Assembly (NCBI GenBank): GCA_041572575.1
Contig: JBFFSH010000048.1
Span: 1 to 19,232 of the forward strand
Source: Thermodesulfobacteriota bacterium
GTDB lineage: Bacteria; Desulfobacterota_D; UBA1144; Nemesobacterales; N074bin48
Direction: 5' to 3'
DNA length: 19,232 nt
The notes under the pieces are model-generated. The model had not been told where the DNA came from. It worked only from the letters and a program-made list of their open reading frames with translations, and searched no databases. Made by a program: the position numbers and the translations under genes. This document shows positions 1 through 9,538 of this stretch, piece by piece; position 1 is the first letter of the stretch, and each line of letters begins with the position of its first letter.

Positions 1-132
1 GTAAGAAGATCTAATCTGATATATTATGTAAAGGAACAGGAGTTTAGGTTTAATAACAGACATCTTAGTACTGACGAAATGATGAATAAAATAATTAATA
101 TTTTAATGAATTCTACTCCGCCAGATGTCTAA
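1..132 (+). CDS. 3' end of an IS1595-family (ISXO2-like DDE) transposase, truncated by the window edge
   Basis: Not in the ORF track. Frame 1 reads VRRSNLIYYVKEQEFRFNNRHLSTDEMMNKIINILMNSTPPDV* (TAA at 130-132). Y-x-x-E-x-E-F-R-F-N-x-R is the characteristic C-terminal catalytic-glutamate motif of IS1595 transposases. Confidence 0.8.
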   Translation, partial: VRRSNLIYYVKEQEFRFNNRHLSTDEMMNKIINILMNSTPPDV

Positions 133-137
133 TGCCC
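1..137 (+). mobile_element. Right end of an IS1595-family insertion sequence
   Basis: The transposase stop lies inside GATGTCTAATGCCC (ends at 137; reverse complement GGGCATTAGACATC), a GGG-starting terminus typical of this family. It is followed by AT-only TAATTTAA (138-145), a plausible 8-bp target duplication. The left end is outside the window, so the boundary is inferred. Confidence 0.55.
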
Positions 138-166
138 TAATTTAAATACCAGTAAATTGTATATAT

Positions 167-1294
167 TTAAGTGAGATATTCCCTTAATATATCTCCATCT
201 GGGTTGTTTTTGATTTTTATAAGAGCATTTCTTTCGATCTGTCGTATACGTTCCCTTGTTAGATCATAAGAGTTTCCGATTTCATCCAGTGTATAGTTGT
301 GTTTATACCCAATTCCAAATCTCATACTAATGATGTTCTGTTCTCTTTCGCTTAGCTTTGAAAGTGCCTTTGATATATTAACGCTCATCTCAATCTGCGA
401 AATATATGTTTCTACACAGTCTGTGTTGTCGGGGATAAAGTCCTGAATAGTATTCCCGCTTTCACTATTGGCTTTGTACTTTGGAGTGTCTAAAGAAATT
501 ACGGATAAACTAGCGGCTTTTTCGACCTTTTTAACTTTTTTATCATTAATTCCTAAATGTACAGATATATCCTCAGTCCTGGGTGCGGTGCCGTTATCTT
601 TGGTGAGTGATTTTGGAGATTTACTAATTTTAAAGAATTCTTCTTGTATTTTTACAGGCAGTCTGATTAATCTGGATTGATCCAACACTGCTCTATTCAT
701 ACTTTGCTGAATCCACCAGGATTCATATGTAGAAAATTTATATCCTTTGTGTGGATCAAATCTGTCGATTGCTTTTAGTAAACCAATGTTTCCTTCCTGT
801 ATAAGGTCACTATATGGAAGCCCTCTGTTGGAAAAATTCTTTGCAAGGCTAATAACTAGCTTGAGATTTGAGCTTGCAAACTGAGATTTAAAATGCTGTA
901 TGGAGTTTTTAGTTACAAGAGAAATAGTATTTAATCTCTGGAGTTCATTGGTTTTATTTATATGTTGAGATTTTTGTGATTGTAACTCATTGCAAAGGGT
1001 TTTTTTAATGGAGTTAATTTTAGCGTTTATCTGTTTGTAATAAGCTTCAAATGATCTTAGTTTTACAGCGTATACTATTTCCTGTTTTGAATTAAATGTA
1101 TATTCCTGCCCAACTTCGTTAAAATATCTTTGTAGTGATGGGTTTTCTGATGATGAAATATAAGGTTTTCTGCCTTTGGAATGAACAGAGACCTTAGATT
1201 TTTTGCCACTAGGAGAGAATGTGGTTTTTGATGTCGTAGCACTATTTTCTATAATTTGAAAATCAGAAGTAGCAACTGTATTATCAAAATTCAT
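167..1294 (-). CDS. RNA polymerase sigma70-family factor (RpoD/RpoS-like, no region 1.1; probably non-primary)
   Basis: Region 1.2 SLQRYFNEV, region 2 NLKLVISLAK..DLIQEGNIGLLKAIDRFDPHKGYKFSTYESWWI, region 3 ISLDTP, region 4 TLDEIGNSYDLTRERIRQIE. I prefer ATG 1294 to the ORF-track GTG at 1351, but the start is uncertain. Confidence 0.92.
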   Translation of the reverse strand: MNFDNTVATSDFQIIENSATTSKTTFSPSGKKSKVSVHSKGRKPYISSSENPSLQRYFNEVGQEYTFNSKQEIVYAVKLRSFEAYYKQINAKINSIKKTLCNELQSQKSQHINKTNELQRLNTISLVTKNSIQHFKSQFASSNLKLVISLAKNFSNRGLPYSDLIQEGNIGLLKAIDRFDPHKGYKFSTYESWWIQQSMNRAVLDQSRLIRLPVKIQEEFFKISKSPKSLTKDNGTAPRTEDISVHLGINDKKVKKVEKAASLSVISLDTPKYKANSESGNTIQDFIPDNTDCVETYISQIEMSVNISKALSKLSEREQNIISMRFGIGYKHNYTLDEIGNSYDLTRERIRQIERNALIKIKNNPDGDILREYLT

Positions 1295-1792
1295 ACTTAA
1301 TACTAAAGCAATATACGTGCCACTAGATAATGTTACATTAAAACCAAGCACATTCTTTTCTATAGAATGATTAAGATTTTATTGGTATACAACAACTTAG
1401 GTATTAAGTTTGAGTATGACTAGTAACTGCTCGATCATAAAGGAAGTTTTTAGGAGGCACATTCTATATGCATATACGAAATAAACCTTACTGCTGCTAT
1501 TTCTAACTAATTAATATTACTATATATTTTATTCTATAAGCCTTTATTGTTGACAATAATTGTATGTACTTCCATAAATTGTCAGTTTCTATAAAGCTAC
1601 GATTTTAATATAAGGTGTATCTAAATTATCTAATATATTGGTAATATCCCGGTTTTTTAATCAATTAATAACTCGATAAATTTCCTCAAGTACAATTTAT
1701 TTATTGTTTTGTGACACTTACCGTTGTTTATTACCAGAATTTAGATAATATTAGCAGTCTTGTTAGTGACATAAATTATTTAATATAAAACT

Positions 1793-2722
1793 ATGAAAAT
1801 ATTAATTACAGGCGGAGCAGGATTTATTGGGTCCTGGGTCGCAGATAAATTTATTGAAAATGGCCATGACATACTTATAGTGGATGATCTTTCCAGCGGT
1901 ACTGAATCAAACATTAACAATAAAGCGCAATTTATTAAATGTGATATAAGGAATAAAGATTTATTATCGAAGATTTTTAGGGAATTTAAACCCGATATTG
2001 TAGATCATCATGCAGCTCAAATAAACGTGAGAACGTCTGTGGATGATCCGGTTTATGATGCTGAAATAAATATAATCGGTTCATTGAACCTGTTGGAACT
2101 TTGCAGAGACCATAAAGTCAGCAAATTTATATTCGCTTCAACAGGCGGTGCAATATACGGTGAGCCACCTCACATACCTGCTGATGAAGATACTAAACCC
2201 ATGCCGATTTCTCCCTATGGCACTTCCAAATTTGCAGTTGAACAGTACATTAACTACTATCATCAGGTTTATGGGCTACAATACGTTGCGCTCAGATATG
2301 CAAATGTATATGGACCCCGTCAAAATCCTCATGGAGAAGCAGGCGTAGTGGCTATTTTCTGTAATAAAATTCTTGCAAATGAACCATGCATGATATTTGG
2401 AGACGGTACCCAGACCAGGGATTATGTATATGTAAGTGATGTGGCTGATGCAAATATATTAGCATTAAATGCCGAATGTGGATGTTATAATATTGGCACA
2501 GGAGTTGAGACTGATGTACTGAAGCTTACTGAATTGCTTGGAAATTGTGCAAACGGTTATAAATTAGAGGTTAAACATGCAGATGAAAGAGAAGGGGAGG
2601 TGCAGAGCATATCTTTAGATAACACTTTATCTAAAAATAAGCTTGGATGGATTCCCAAGGTAAATATTAATGGTGGTATTGAGCAAACCTGGAATTGGTT
2701 TTTAGATTCCAGCAAAAAATAG
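1793..2722 (+). CDS. NAD-dependent nucleotide-sugar epimerase/dehydratase (UDP-glucose 4-epimerase-like extended SDR)
   Basis: ILITGGAGFIGS Rossmann motif, HHAAQ, ASTGGAIYG, catalytic YGTSK, LRYANVYGPRQ, GDGTQTRDYVYV. Confidence 0.93.
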   Translation: MKILITGGAGFIGSWVADKFIENGHDILIVDDLSSGTESNINNKAQFIKCDIRNKDLLSKIFREFKPDIVDHHAAQINVRTSVDDPVYDAEINIIGSLNLLELCRDHKVSKFIFASTGGAIYGEPPHIPADEDTKPMPISPYGTSKFAVEQYINYYHQVYGLQYVALRYANVYGPRQNPHGEAGVVAIFCNKILANEPCMIFGDGTQTRDYVYVSDVADANILALNAECGCYNIGTGVETDVLKLTELLGNCANGYKLEVKHADEREGEVQSISLDNTLSKNKLGWIPKVNINGGIEQTWNWFLDSSKK

Positions 2723-2784
2723 CATGCTTATAAAAATAGGATACAATAATTAACAGTCAGTTAGATATCAGGAGGAGTAAAGGT

Positions 2785-3018
2785 ATGAAAGATAAATTTG
2801 ATATTGATTTTGATGTAAGGGTAGTGGACCGTAGTATTAGAGATAGCAAGATAACCAGAAAGGAGTACGATGAGAAGCTCGAAGCTTTAGAAGATCTAAG
2901 TGAATTGGCCGAACCGCTTGTTATTGAAGATGATACAGAGCAGGAACAGGATGAGAATGAAGATACAAACGAAACTGCTGAGCAGCAGTTAGAAGAAAAT
3001 GTAGAGGAACAAGAATAA
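2785..3018 (+). CDS. Small acidic hypothetical protein (77 aa)
   Basis: Strong RBS AGGAGGAG at 2770-2777. N-terminal DVRVVDRSIR..ITRKEY..L..L.D followed by an E/D/Q-rich tail. The stop overlaps the next start (TAATG). Confidence 0.8.
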   Translation: MKDKFDIDFDVRVVDRSIRDSKITRKEYDEKLEALEDLSELAEPLVIEDDTEQEQDENEDTNETAEQQLEENVEEQE

Positions 3019-3227
3019 TGCCCTGGGAATACAAGGTTGTTTCTATTGAAAGCTTAATACCGGATGATGGTGATCATGATATTGCCGTATCAAAACAGGA
3101 CGCACAAAACAGAAAAGAAAAACTGTCAAACAATATGCAGGATAGTCTCAACAATCTTGGAAATGACGGGTGGGAACTCGTATCTATATTCAGTGATTTC
3201 GGAATATTTAAAAAACTAGCAAACTAA
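3018..3227 (+). CDS. DUF4177-like small protein
   Basis: WEYKVV ... LNNLGNDGWELVSI ... IFKK pattern; translationally coupled to the upstream gene. Confidence 0.75.
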   Translation: MPWEYKVVSIESLIPDDGDHDIAVSKQDAQNRKEKLSNNMQDSLNNLGNDGWELVSIFSDFGIFKKLAN

Positions 3228-3264
3228 ACTTACAAACTCAATCCAAATAGCTTTAATATATGCA

Positions 3265-4155
3265 ATGTGCAATATTAATTTTACGCTACTTACTATAATT
3301 ATCGTAAATATATTAGCAGGCAGCACTACATATAGTTCATCTCTTAATTTCCACAGAATTGATGAATTAAACCATTCGGTTAGTACAAAACATACAAATT
3401 TAATTTCAAATAGCACGGGTTATTCTTCTGGCAAGACGGAGTACCTGGTATCGCAGATTTCTGAAAATAAGAATTTTTACATAGAACTTTCCTATAATTC
3501 CGATCACGCAGATGTTCTCACCAAGGACATTTTATCCCGGGCGCTTAGAGAAATGACAACTATTTTTATTGGCTCGGGATATACATATGTAAAAAAAGAA
3601 AATGCTGATTATCTGGCGAAGGTATACATTGATGCAGAAATTTCTGATTACAAACGTGGAGATTCAAATAAATATGATTTCCTATCCAAAGTAACGATTA
3701 AGGTCTCTGACAAAGATGAACAGGTATTGGAACAAACTAACAAAAATGTGTTTTTATCCGGAGGTGATTTACACAAAATTGCAGTTGATTCAATAAGCAA
3801 GAGCGCTACCAGGGCCGCAAAAGAAATTGTAGGAAATCTAAGCGCTAAGAAAATAGAGAATGAAGATGAACCAGTAGTGGTAATTACCACATCCAAAGTG
3901 GAGCTTGTCTTTGAAGGAAGCGTTAACTATAAACTTTACAATGCAATAGATAATCTGATTAAAGAATCACTGAGTGAAATAAAGGTCTTAAAACGTACGA
4001 TTAAATATGGAAACTCCTTAAATATGCTTGTTCTATCTAATCTCCGGAGTCAACAGCTTGCACAGCTTGTAATTGACAGGATACCCGACAAGGATTCTAT
4101 GGAGGTTATTAATGTTAGTGACAACCGAGTAGTTTTTAAATTAAACCAAAACTAG
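3265..4155 (+). CDS. Hypothetical exported or membrane-anchored protein
   Basis: 296-aa ORF with a hydrophobic N-terminus (FTLLTIIIVNILA) and no recognised motif. It converges on guaA with a 9-bp gap. Confidence 0.65.
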   Translation: MCNINFTLLTIIIVNILAGSTTYSSSLNFHRIDELNHSVSTKHTNLISNSTGYSSGKTEYLVSQISENKNFYIELSYNSDHADVLTKDILSRALREMTTIFIGSGYTYVKKENADYLAKVYIDAEISDYKRGDSNKYDFLSKVTIKVSDKDEQVLEQTNKNVFLSGGDLHKIAVDSISKSATRAAKEIVGNLSAKKIENEDEPVVVITTSKVELVFEGSVNYKLYNAIDNLIKESLSEIKVLKRTIKYGNSLNMLVLSNLRSQQLAQLVIDRIPDKDSMEVINVSDNRVVFKLNQN

Positions 4156-4164
4156 TTAATTCAT

Positions 4165-5697
4165 TTACTCCCATTCAATAGTGCTGGGCGGCTTTGTTGA
4201 TATATCATAAACAACCCTGTTTATACCCTTAACTTCATTTATGATTTTCACTGAAACACGTTCTAGTATGTCGTAGGGAATCTTGGCCCAGCTTGCAGTC
4301 ATACCGTCCGTACTTGTAACGGCTCTAAGTGCAAGCACATTTTCATAGGTTCTTTCATCGCCCATAACGCCTACGGTTCTTACGGGGATAAAAACTGAAA
4401 AAGCCTGCCATATATCATCATAGGTGTTAGAAGATTTTAACTCATCAATAAATAAACGGTCTGCCTGCCTCAATATCTCCAGGCGGTCTTTTGTTATTTC
4501 CCCCATGATTCTTATTGCAAGCCCGGGGCCGGGGAAAGGGTGTCTGCCTAAAATTTCAGTTGGTACGCCAAGCTCTTTTCCTGCCTTTCTTGCTTCGTCC
4601 TTAAAGAGTTCTCTTAGGGGTTCTACGAGTTTCAGGTTCATTCTCTTGGGAAGCCCGCCCACGTTGTGATGAGACTTAATTGTGGCAGAAGGGCCCTTCA
4701 CACTTACACTTTCAATTACATCGGGATACAGGGTTCCCTGGGCAAGATATTTTGCCCCTTTGATTTTTTTGGCCTCTGCCTCAAATACTTTTACAAACTC
4801 CCTGCCTATGATCTTTCTTTTCTTCTCTGGATCTATTACTCCCCGTAGTTTTTGTAAAAACACTTTCTGAGCATTAACTACCTTTAAGTTAAGCTCCATC
4901 TGTTTATATGACTGCACAATTTCTTTTGCTTCGTTTAACCTCAGAAGGCCGGTATCAACAAAAATGCAGTGGAGGTTTTTGCCGATTGTTTCTTTTAGCA
5001 GTGCTGCTGTTACGGTTGAATCAATTCCGCCTGAAAGCCCGCATATAACCTTAGAGTCATCAAGTGTGTTCTTCAGGTCTTCAATAGTTCTTTGTACAAA
5101 TGATTTTGGTGACCAGTTTTTCTTTAGACCGGAAATCTTGAATAAAAAATTCGTTAATATTTCTATGCCTTCTACGGTATGAACCACTTCAGGATGAAAC
5201 TGGGTTCCATATATTTTTTTGTCTTTATGCTTTATTGCTGCCACAGGGCAGGTTTTAGTTTTTGCGATAATCTTAAAATTTTTGGAAATGGAAAGGACTT
5301 TATCGCTGTGAGACATCCAGACCTGTGAGTTGTTTGTAATATTCTCAAATAAATCAGAACTATGTTTGATTGATAACTTAGCCGGCCCAAATTCTCTCTT
5401 TTTAGATTTTTCTACTTTTCCACCAAGGCAGCTTACAGTAAGCTGCATACCATAACATATGCCAAGGATAGGAATATCCAGGTTAAATAGATCTGAAGAC
5501 ACCCTGGGGCTGTCCTTATCCCAAACACTACAGGGGCCGCCTGAGAGTATTATTGCACCGGGGTTTAATCCTTTAATTTCTTCAAGCGGTAAGTTAAATG
5601 GTTTTATTTCAGAATAGATGCCAAGTTCACGCACTCGTCTTGCAATAAGCTGAGTGTACTGAGACCCGAAATCTATAATCAATACAAGTTGTCTCAT
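4165..5697 (-). CDS. guaA: GMP synthase (glutamine-hydrolysing)
   Basis: [52 protein letters not shown]-terminal KPPSTIEWE. Confidence 0.99.
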   Translation of the reverse strand: MRQLVLIIDFGSQYTQLIARRVRELGIYSEIKPFNLPLEEIKGLNPGAIILSGGPCSVWDKDSPRVSSDLFNLDIPILGICYGMQLTVSCLGGKVEKSKKREFGPAKLSIKHSSDLFENITNNSQVWMSHSDKVLSISKNFKIIAKTKTCPVAAIKHKDKKIYGTQFHPEVVHTVEGIEILTNFLFKISGLKKNWSPKSFVQRTIEDLKNTLDDSKVICGLSGGIDSTVTAALLKETIGKNLHCIFVDTGLLRLNEAKEIVQSYKQMELNLKVVNAQKVFLQKLRGVIDPEKKRKIIGREFVKVFEAEAKKIKGAKYLAQGTLYPDVIESVSVKGPSATIKSHHNVGGLPKRMNLKLVEPLRELFKDEARKAGKELGVPTEILGRHPFPGPGLAIRIMGEITKDRLEILRQADRLFIDELKSSNTYDDIWQAFSVFIPVRTVGVMGDERTYENVLALRAVTSTDGMTASWAKIPYDILERVSVKIINEVKGINRVVYDISTKPPSTIEWE

Positions 5698-5751
5698 GCA
5701 ATTATATAATTAAAGCTACAAATATGGAGATGCTTAAAAGTTTTAGACCAA

Positions 5752-7218
5752 TTATTCGACTCTGTAGTTTGGAGCCTCTTTGGTAATTATTACATCATGC
5801 ACGTGGCTTTCTTTAAGTCCGGCATTTGTTATTTTTGTAAATCTGGATTTTTCTCTAAGCTCATTTATGTTCTTGCATCCCGTATAACCCATTCCAGCTC
5901 TTAGTCCTCCAAGAAGCTGATAAATGACGCTGCCAATTGATCCCCTGTTAGGAATTCTTCCTTCTATTCCTTCTGGAACCAGTTTCGAATCGATCATTTC
6001 ATCCTGAGAATACCTGTCCTTGCTTCCCTTTTTCATAGCCTCAATCGATCCCATCCCCCTGTAAACTTTATATGTTCTGCCCTGATACAATATAACTTCG
6101 CCGGGGGCTTCATCAGCGCCGGCAAACAGGTTTCCAATCATCACAGAATTAGCACCTGCAGAAATAGCTTTTGTAATGTCACCTGAATATTTTATGCCAC
6201 CATCTGCAATCACCGGAACATTATGTTTCTTTGCTGCTTTTACCACATTCATAATTGCTGTAATTTGAGGTACGCCAATACCGGCTATTACTCTAGTTGT
6301 ACATATTGAACCCGGGCCAACACCGATCTTAAGGCAGTCAGCGCCTGCTTTAATCAGAGCCTCGGCAGCTTCTGTGGTTGCTATGTTTCCTGCTATTAAT
6401 TCGGTGTCGGGATGATTCTTTTTCGTTGATTTTACAGCATCGAGCACCCTTTGGGAGTGACCATGCGCGGTGTCTATTACAATCACATCGCAGTTAGCAT
6501 CGATAAGAGCCTGAACTCTTTGTTCGCTGTCCTCTCCAACCCCTACGGCTGCACCGCATCTTAGCCTTCCAAGTTTATCCTTGCAGGCCAGAGGATGTTT
6601 CTCTATTTTCTCTATATCTTTCATGGTGATAAGCCCTGTGAGTTTGAACTTATCATTTACAACAGGAAGTTTTTCAATCTTATATTTATGTAGCAGCTGT
6701 TTGGCTGATTCTAATGAAATATCCTCTTTAACTGTTACAAGCTTGGACTTCTTGGTCATTATTTTTTTCACAGGAAAATCCAGGTTTCTTTCAAACCTAA
6801 GGTCTCTGTATGTTACTATTCCAAGAAGCGTGTTGTCAGACCGGGTAACCGGAAGACCCGTAATGTTTTTTGTAAGCATTATATTAACAGCGTCGCCTAC
6901 GGTGTTGTCTGGTCTTACTGTAAGCGGGTTAATTATCATGCCGCCTTCATATTTTTTTACTTTTTCTACTTCGGATGCCTGATCCTCAATAGTAAAATTT
7001 TTATGTATTATGCCAATCCCACCCTCTGAAGCCATGGAAATTGCAGTTTTAGCCTCCGTAACTGTATCCATTGCAGCACTGATAAGAGGTATATTGAGTT
7101 TAATATTAGGGGTTAGGACAGTGCAAACATCTACGTCACCGGGCAAAACTTCAGAATAGGAGGGCAGTAACAGTACATCATCAAAGGTTAGAGATTCTTC
7201 AATTTTATCCTCTAACAT
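5752..7218 (-). CDS. guaB: IMP dehydrogenase with CBS pair
   Basis: [24 protein letters not shown], catalytic [29 protein letters not shown]. Confidence 0.99.
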   Translation of the reverse strand: MLEDKIEESLTFDDVLLLPSYSEVLPGDVDVCTVLTPNIKLNIPLISAAMDTVTEAKTAISMASEGGIGIIHKNFTIEDQASEVEKVKKYEGGMIINPLTVRPDNTVGDAVNIMLTKNITGLPVTRSDNTLLGIVTYRDLRFERNLDFPVKKIMTKKSKLVTVKEDISLESAKQLLHKYKIEKLPVVNDKFKLTGLITMKDIEKIEKHPLACKDKLGRLRCGAAVGVGEDSEQRVQALIDANCDVIVIDTAHGHSQRVLDAVKSTKKNHPDTELIAGNIATTEAAEALIKAGADCLKIGVGPGSICTTRVIAGIGVPQITAIMNVVKAAKKHNVPVIADGGIKYSGDITKAISAGANSVMIGNLFAGADEAPGEVILYQGRTYKVYRGMGSIEAMKKGSKDRYSQDEMIDSKLVPEGIEGRIPNRGSIGSVIYQLLGGLRAGMGYTGCKNINELREKSRFTKITNAGLKESHVHDVIITKEAPNYRVE

Positions 7219-7221
7219 GTT

Positions 7222-7587
7222 TTACTCTTGTTCTTTTTTTACTTTAGGTTTTCTGCCCCTTTTTGATTTTGGTTTAACTACCGGGGTTTCAGGTTTAAGC
7301 TCAATTCTTTGATCTTCGGGGGTATTAAACTGTATAACCTCTAAAACCTTTTTGCGCATTTCCGGCTGGTTTACGCCAAGCTCAATCTCTATTTCCTGTT
7401 CTTTATCTAAAAGGTTTACAAACACCGGAAGCACGCCTACAAATGTGCTTGTATCAACACGTTCAAAACCAAGCGCTTTTAGAAGTTTTTTAGGTATTAC
7501 AGGAAACTCCAGTGTTTCTACATCTACAGTTTCTTGAGGAAGCAGGCCATCCTGACTTATACTAATTTTTAGTTTAGTTGTTTTCAT
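7222..7587 (-). CDS. Hypothetical protein (121 aa, basic C-terminal tail)
   Basis: ATG-started ORF filling the gap; it ends 3 bp before the guaB start. The tail is KPKSKRGRKPKVKK. Confidence 0.7.
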   Translation of the reverse strand: MKTTKLKISISQDGLLPQETVDVETLEFPVIPKKLLKALGFERVDTSTFVGVLPVFVNLLDKEQEIEIELGVNQPEMRKKVLEVIQFNTPEDQRIELKPETPVVKPKSKRGRKPKVKKEQE

Positions 7588-7661
7588 CGTATTTTATCTA
7601 TTATATTAAAATGAGAGCGTATTTTACTTCAGAGTTTATAAATAGCAATGGGCAAATTTTA

Positions 7662-9266
7662 TTATCCTGAATTGTCTACTAATATTAACTCTGCATCTAT
7701 TACTTCTATATTATGTTTGAGCCCCAGTATTTGAGTCTTTGAAGGAAATATGGAATAAAATTGTATACTATCCCCGGGCATCAAATTATAGTTCGTTCCT
7801 GCAAGTTTTCTTGGATCACTAAAGTCTATATCACCGTTCTTTCTGTTTAATCTTTCATTTATTTCATTTAGAGATAAGGTTTGAAGTTCCTGTCCAGTAA
7901 AAGTATTTCCTGCATACAGTTTTGTATCATACAGGACCTGACCGTTATTAGTATACTGCGCATTTAACTGAATGTAGTTTACTATATTGTCAGTGAGGTT
8001 GGTAACATTTCCTTGTACAACAAACAAAGGACCATTGCTCGAGTTTATCCACTGACCAGGAGTACTTGTAATGTTTATTCCCTCAAGTGGGTCCTCTATA
8101 TCTATGGGAAGATTGGCAACCAAAAAACTTCTTAGTTCTTTTGCTTTTTCTTTAGGAATAACTTCAAGATTAATAGCCAGGATTAGTCCAACACTACCTA
8201 AAATAACTATTATACAGGCAGCTACAATAATCTTCGTTATAAATGAGCCGATCTTGGATCCGAAACTCTTTTTTTGAGGTCTTAAAGTAGATCTTATGCT
8301 TGGAGCCTCAGAACTTGAATCAAACTCCTGCTGGGCACCACCGCCATAGGATTCTGCCTGTACCTGAGACATAGTTTGCTGATCAACGGACAGATCTGAA
8401 TCCAATGGAGCTTCAGAGCCATGCGCTGACTGAAATGCTTGCTGATTATCTGCTTGCTGGACCTTTTCAATATCCAGATCAAGACTTGGTTCTTCGGCCA
8501 CCTGTTGTACGGGATCTGTCGCGCTGTCTGTAGCATAGTCCATTGATGGCTCGGCTGGTGGAGGAGATTGAGGAAATTCTGATGTAATAGGAGCTGTATC
8601 TACCTGTTTGTTATCCATATCAGATATGGACTGTGCCGGGGGAGTAAGATCGTCATCTGAAGTCTTACTATCTTCTTCTGAGTCCAATGAAGCCCAGGAT
8701 ACTGAAGAATTGTCAGGCTCTGTAATATCCTGCGGACTATCTGTATCTAAACTAAGTCCATTAGCTACGTTCAAATCTGCTTTAAGTTCTGGCTCTGGTT
8801 CAGGCTCTGGTCCAGGTTCAAATTTTACTTCGGCCGGTAGTGAATCAAGATCTGTATTAGTACCCGTACTAATATCAATTGATGGTTGTTCTATATCCAG
8901 ACTGGATGTTTGCTGCTCATCATCTATTGACCAGACTTGTTCTTGTTTATCTTCTTGCTCTGTGCTTGCATCAGGCTCAATTTCAGCAGAACCTTCCGTT
9001 TTTTGTGGTTCGCTGATGCCTACTTCTATTTGATTAGGGTCTGTAACCTCTTTCCTATTAGAATCAACCTGTAAATTGTCAAGATTTGGAGAAGGAGTAT
9101 CGGAAATTCCTGTTTCCGGTGCGGTTTCTTCAACTTTGGGTGTATCATTCTTTTCTACAAAAAATACATTGCCACATTTTGAACATCTAACCCTGCTTCC
9201 TGGTGGCTTGATCTTGCTGTCATCCACCCTAAATTTTCTATCGCACTGATCACATTGAATTATCAT
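7662..9266 (-). CDS. MJ0042-type zinc-ribbon protein with acidic/Pro-rich linker, one TM helix and a DUF3426-like C-terminal domain
   Basis: MIIQCDQC..F.VDDSKIKPPGSRVRCSKCGNVF, then about 290 aa of D/E/P/S/Q-rich linker, a hydrophobic segment IIVAACIIVILGSVGLILAI, and LFVVQGNVTN..N..PGDSIQF. Confidence 0.85.
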   Translation of the reverse strand: MIIQCDQCDRKFRVDDSKIKPPGSRVRCSKCGNVFFVEKNDTPKVEETAPETGISDTPSPNLDNLQVDSNRKEVTDPNQIEVGISEPQKTEGSAEIEPDASTEQEDKQEQVWSIDDEQQTSSLDIEQPSIDISTGTNTDLDSLPAEVKFEPGPEPEPEPELKADLNVANGLSLDTDSPQDITEPDNSSVSWASLDSEEDSKTSDDDLTPPAQSISDMDNKQVDTAPITSEFPQSPPPAEPSMDYATDSATDPVQQVAEEPSLDLDIEKVQQADNQQAFQSAHGSEAPLDSDLSVDQQTMSQVQAESYGGGAQQEFDSSSEAPSIRSTLRPQKKSFGSKIGSFITKIIVAACIIVILGSVGLILAINLEVIPKEKAKELRSFLVANLPIDIEDPLEGINITSTPGQWINSSNGPLFVVQGNVTNLTDNIVNYIQLNAQYTNNGQVLYDTKLYAGNTFTGQELQTLSLNEINERLNRKNGDIDFSDPRKLAGTNYNLMPGDSIQFYSIFPSKTQILGLKHNIEVIDAELILVDNSG

Positions 9267-9538
9267 ATATTTATGCTGTTTTTCTGATCAAATAATCAAA
9301 AATAGTATTGATATTTATAACTTTTGTATTAAAAACTAATGCTAACTTAATGTTAAGTCAACTATTATACAATATATTTTGAGATTTTTAATAGAATCGG
9401 GGGAAAATACTGATTTTTTTAGATTAAATTAATTATATTTTAAAATTATTGCTATAAAAATTAAGAGAAAATGGGTTAAGGTGTGTTTAAGATTGCTAAA
9501 TTGGTACATAAAAATATTTAATACTAAATACGGATAAA

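Noticed and set aside
8786..8820. DNA tandem repeat
   Set aside because: It is explained by Pro-Glu codon repeats in the protein linker, with varying third positions.
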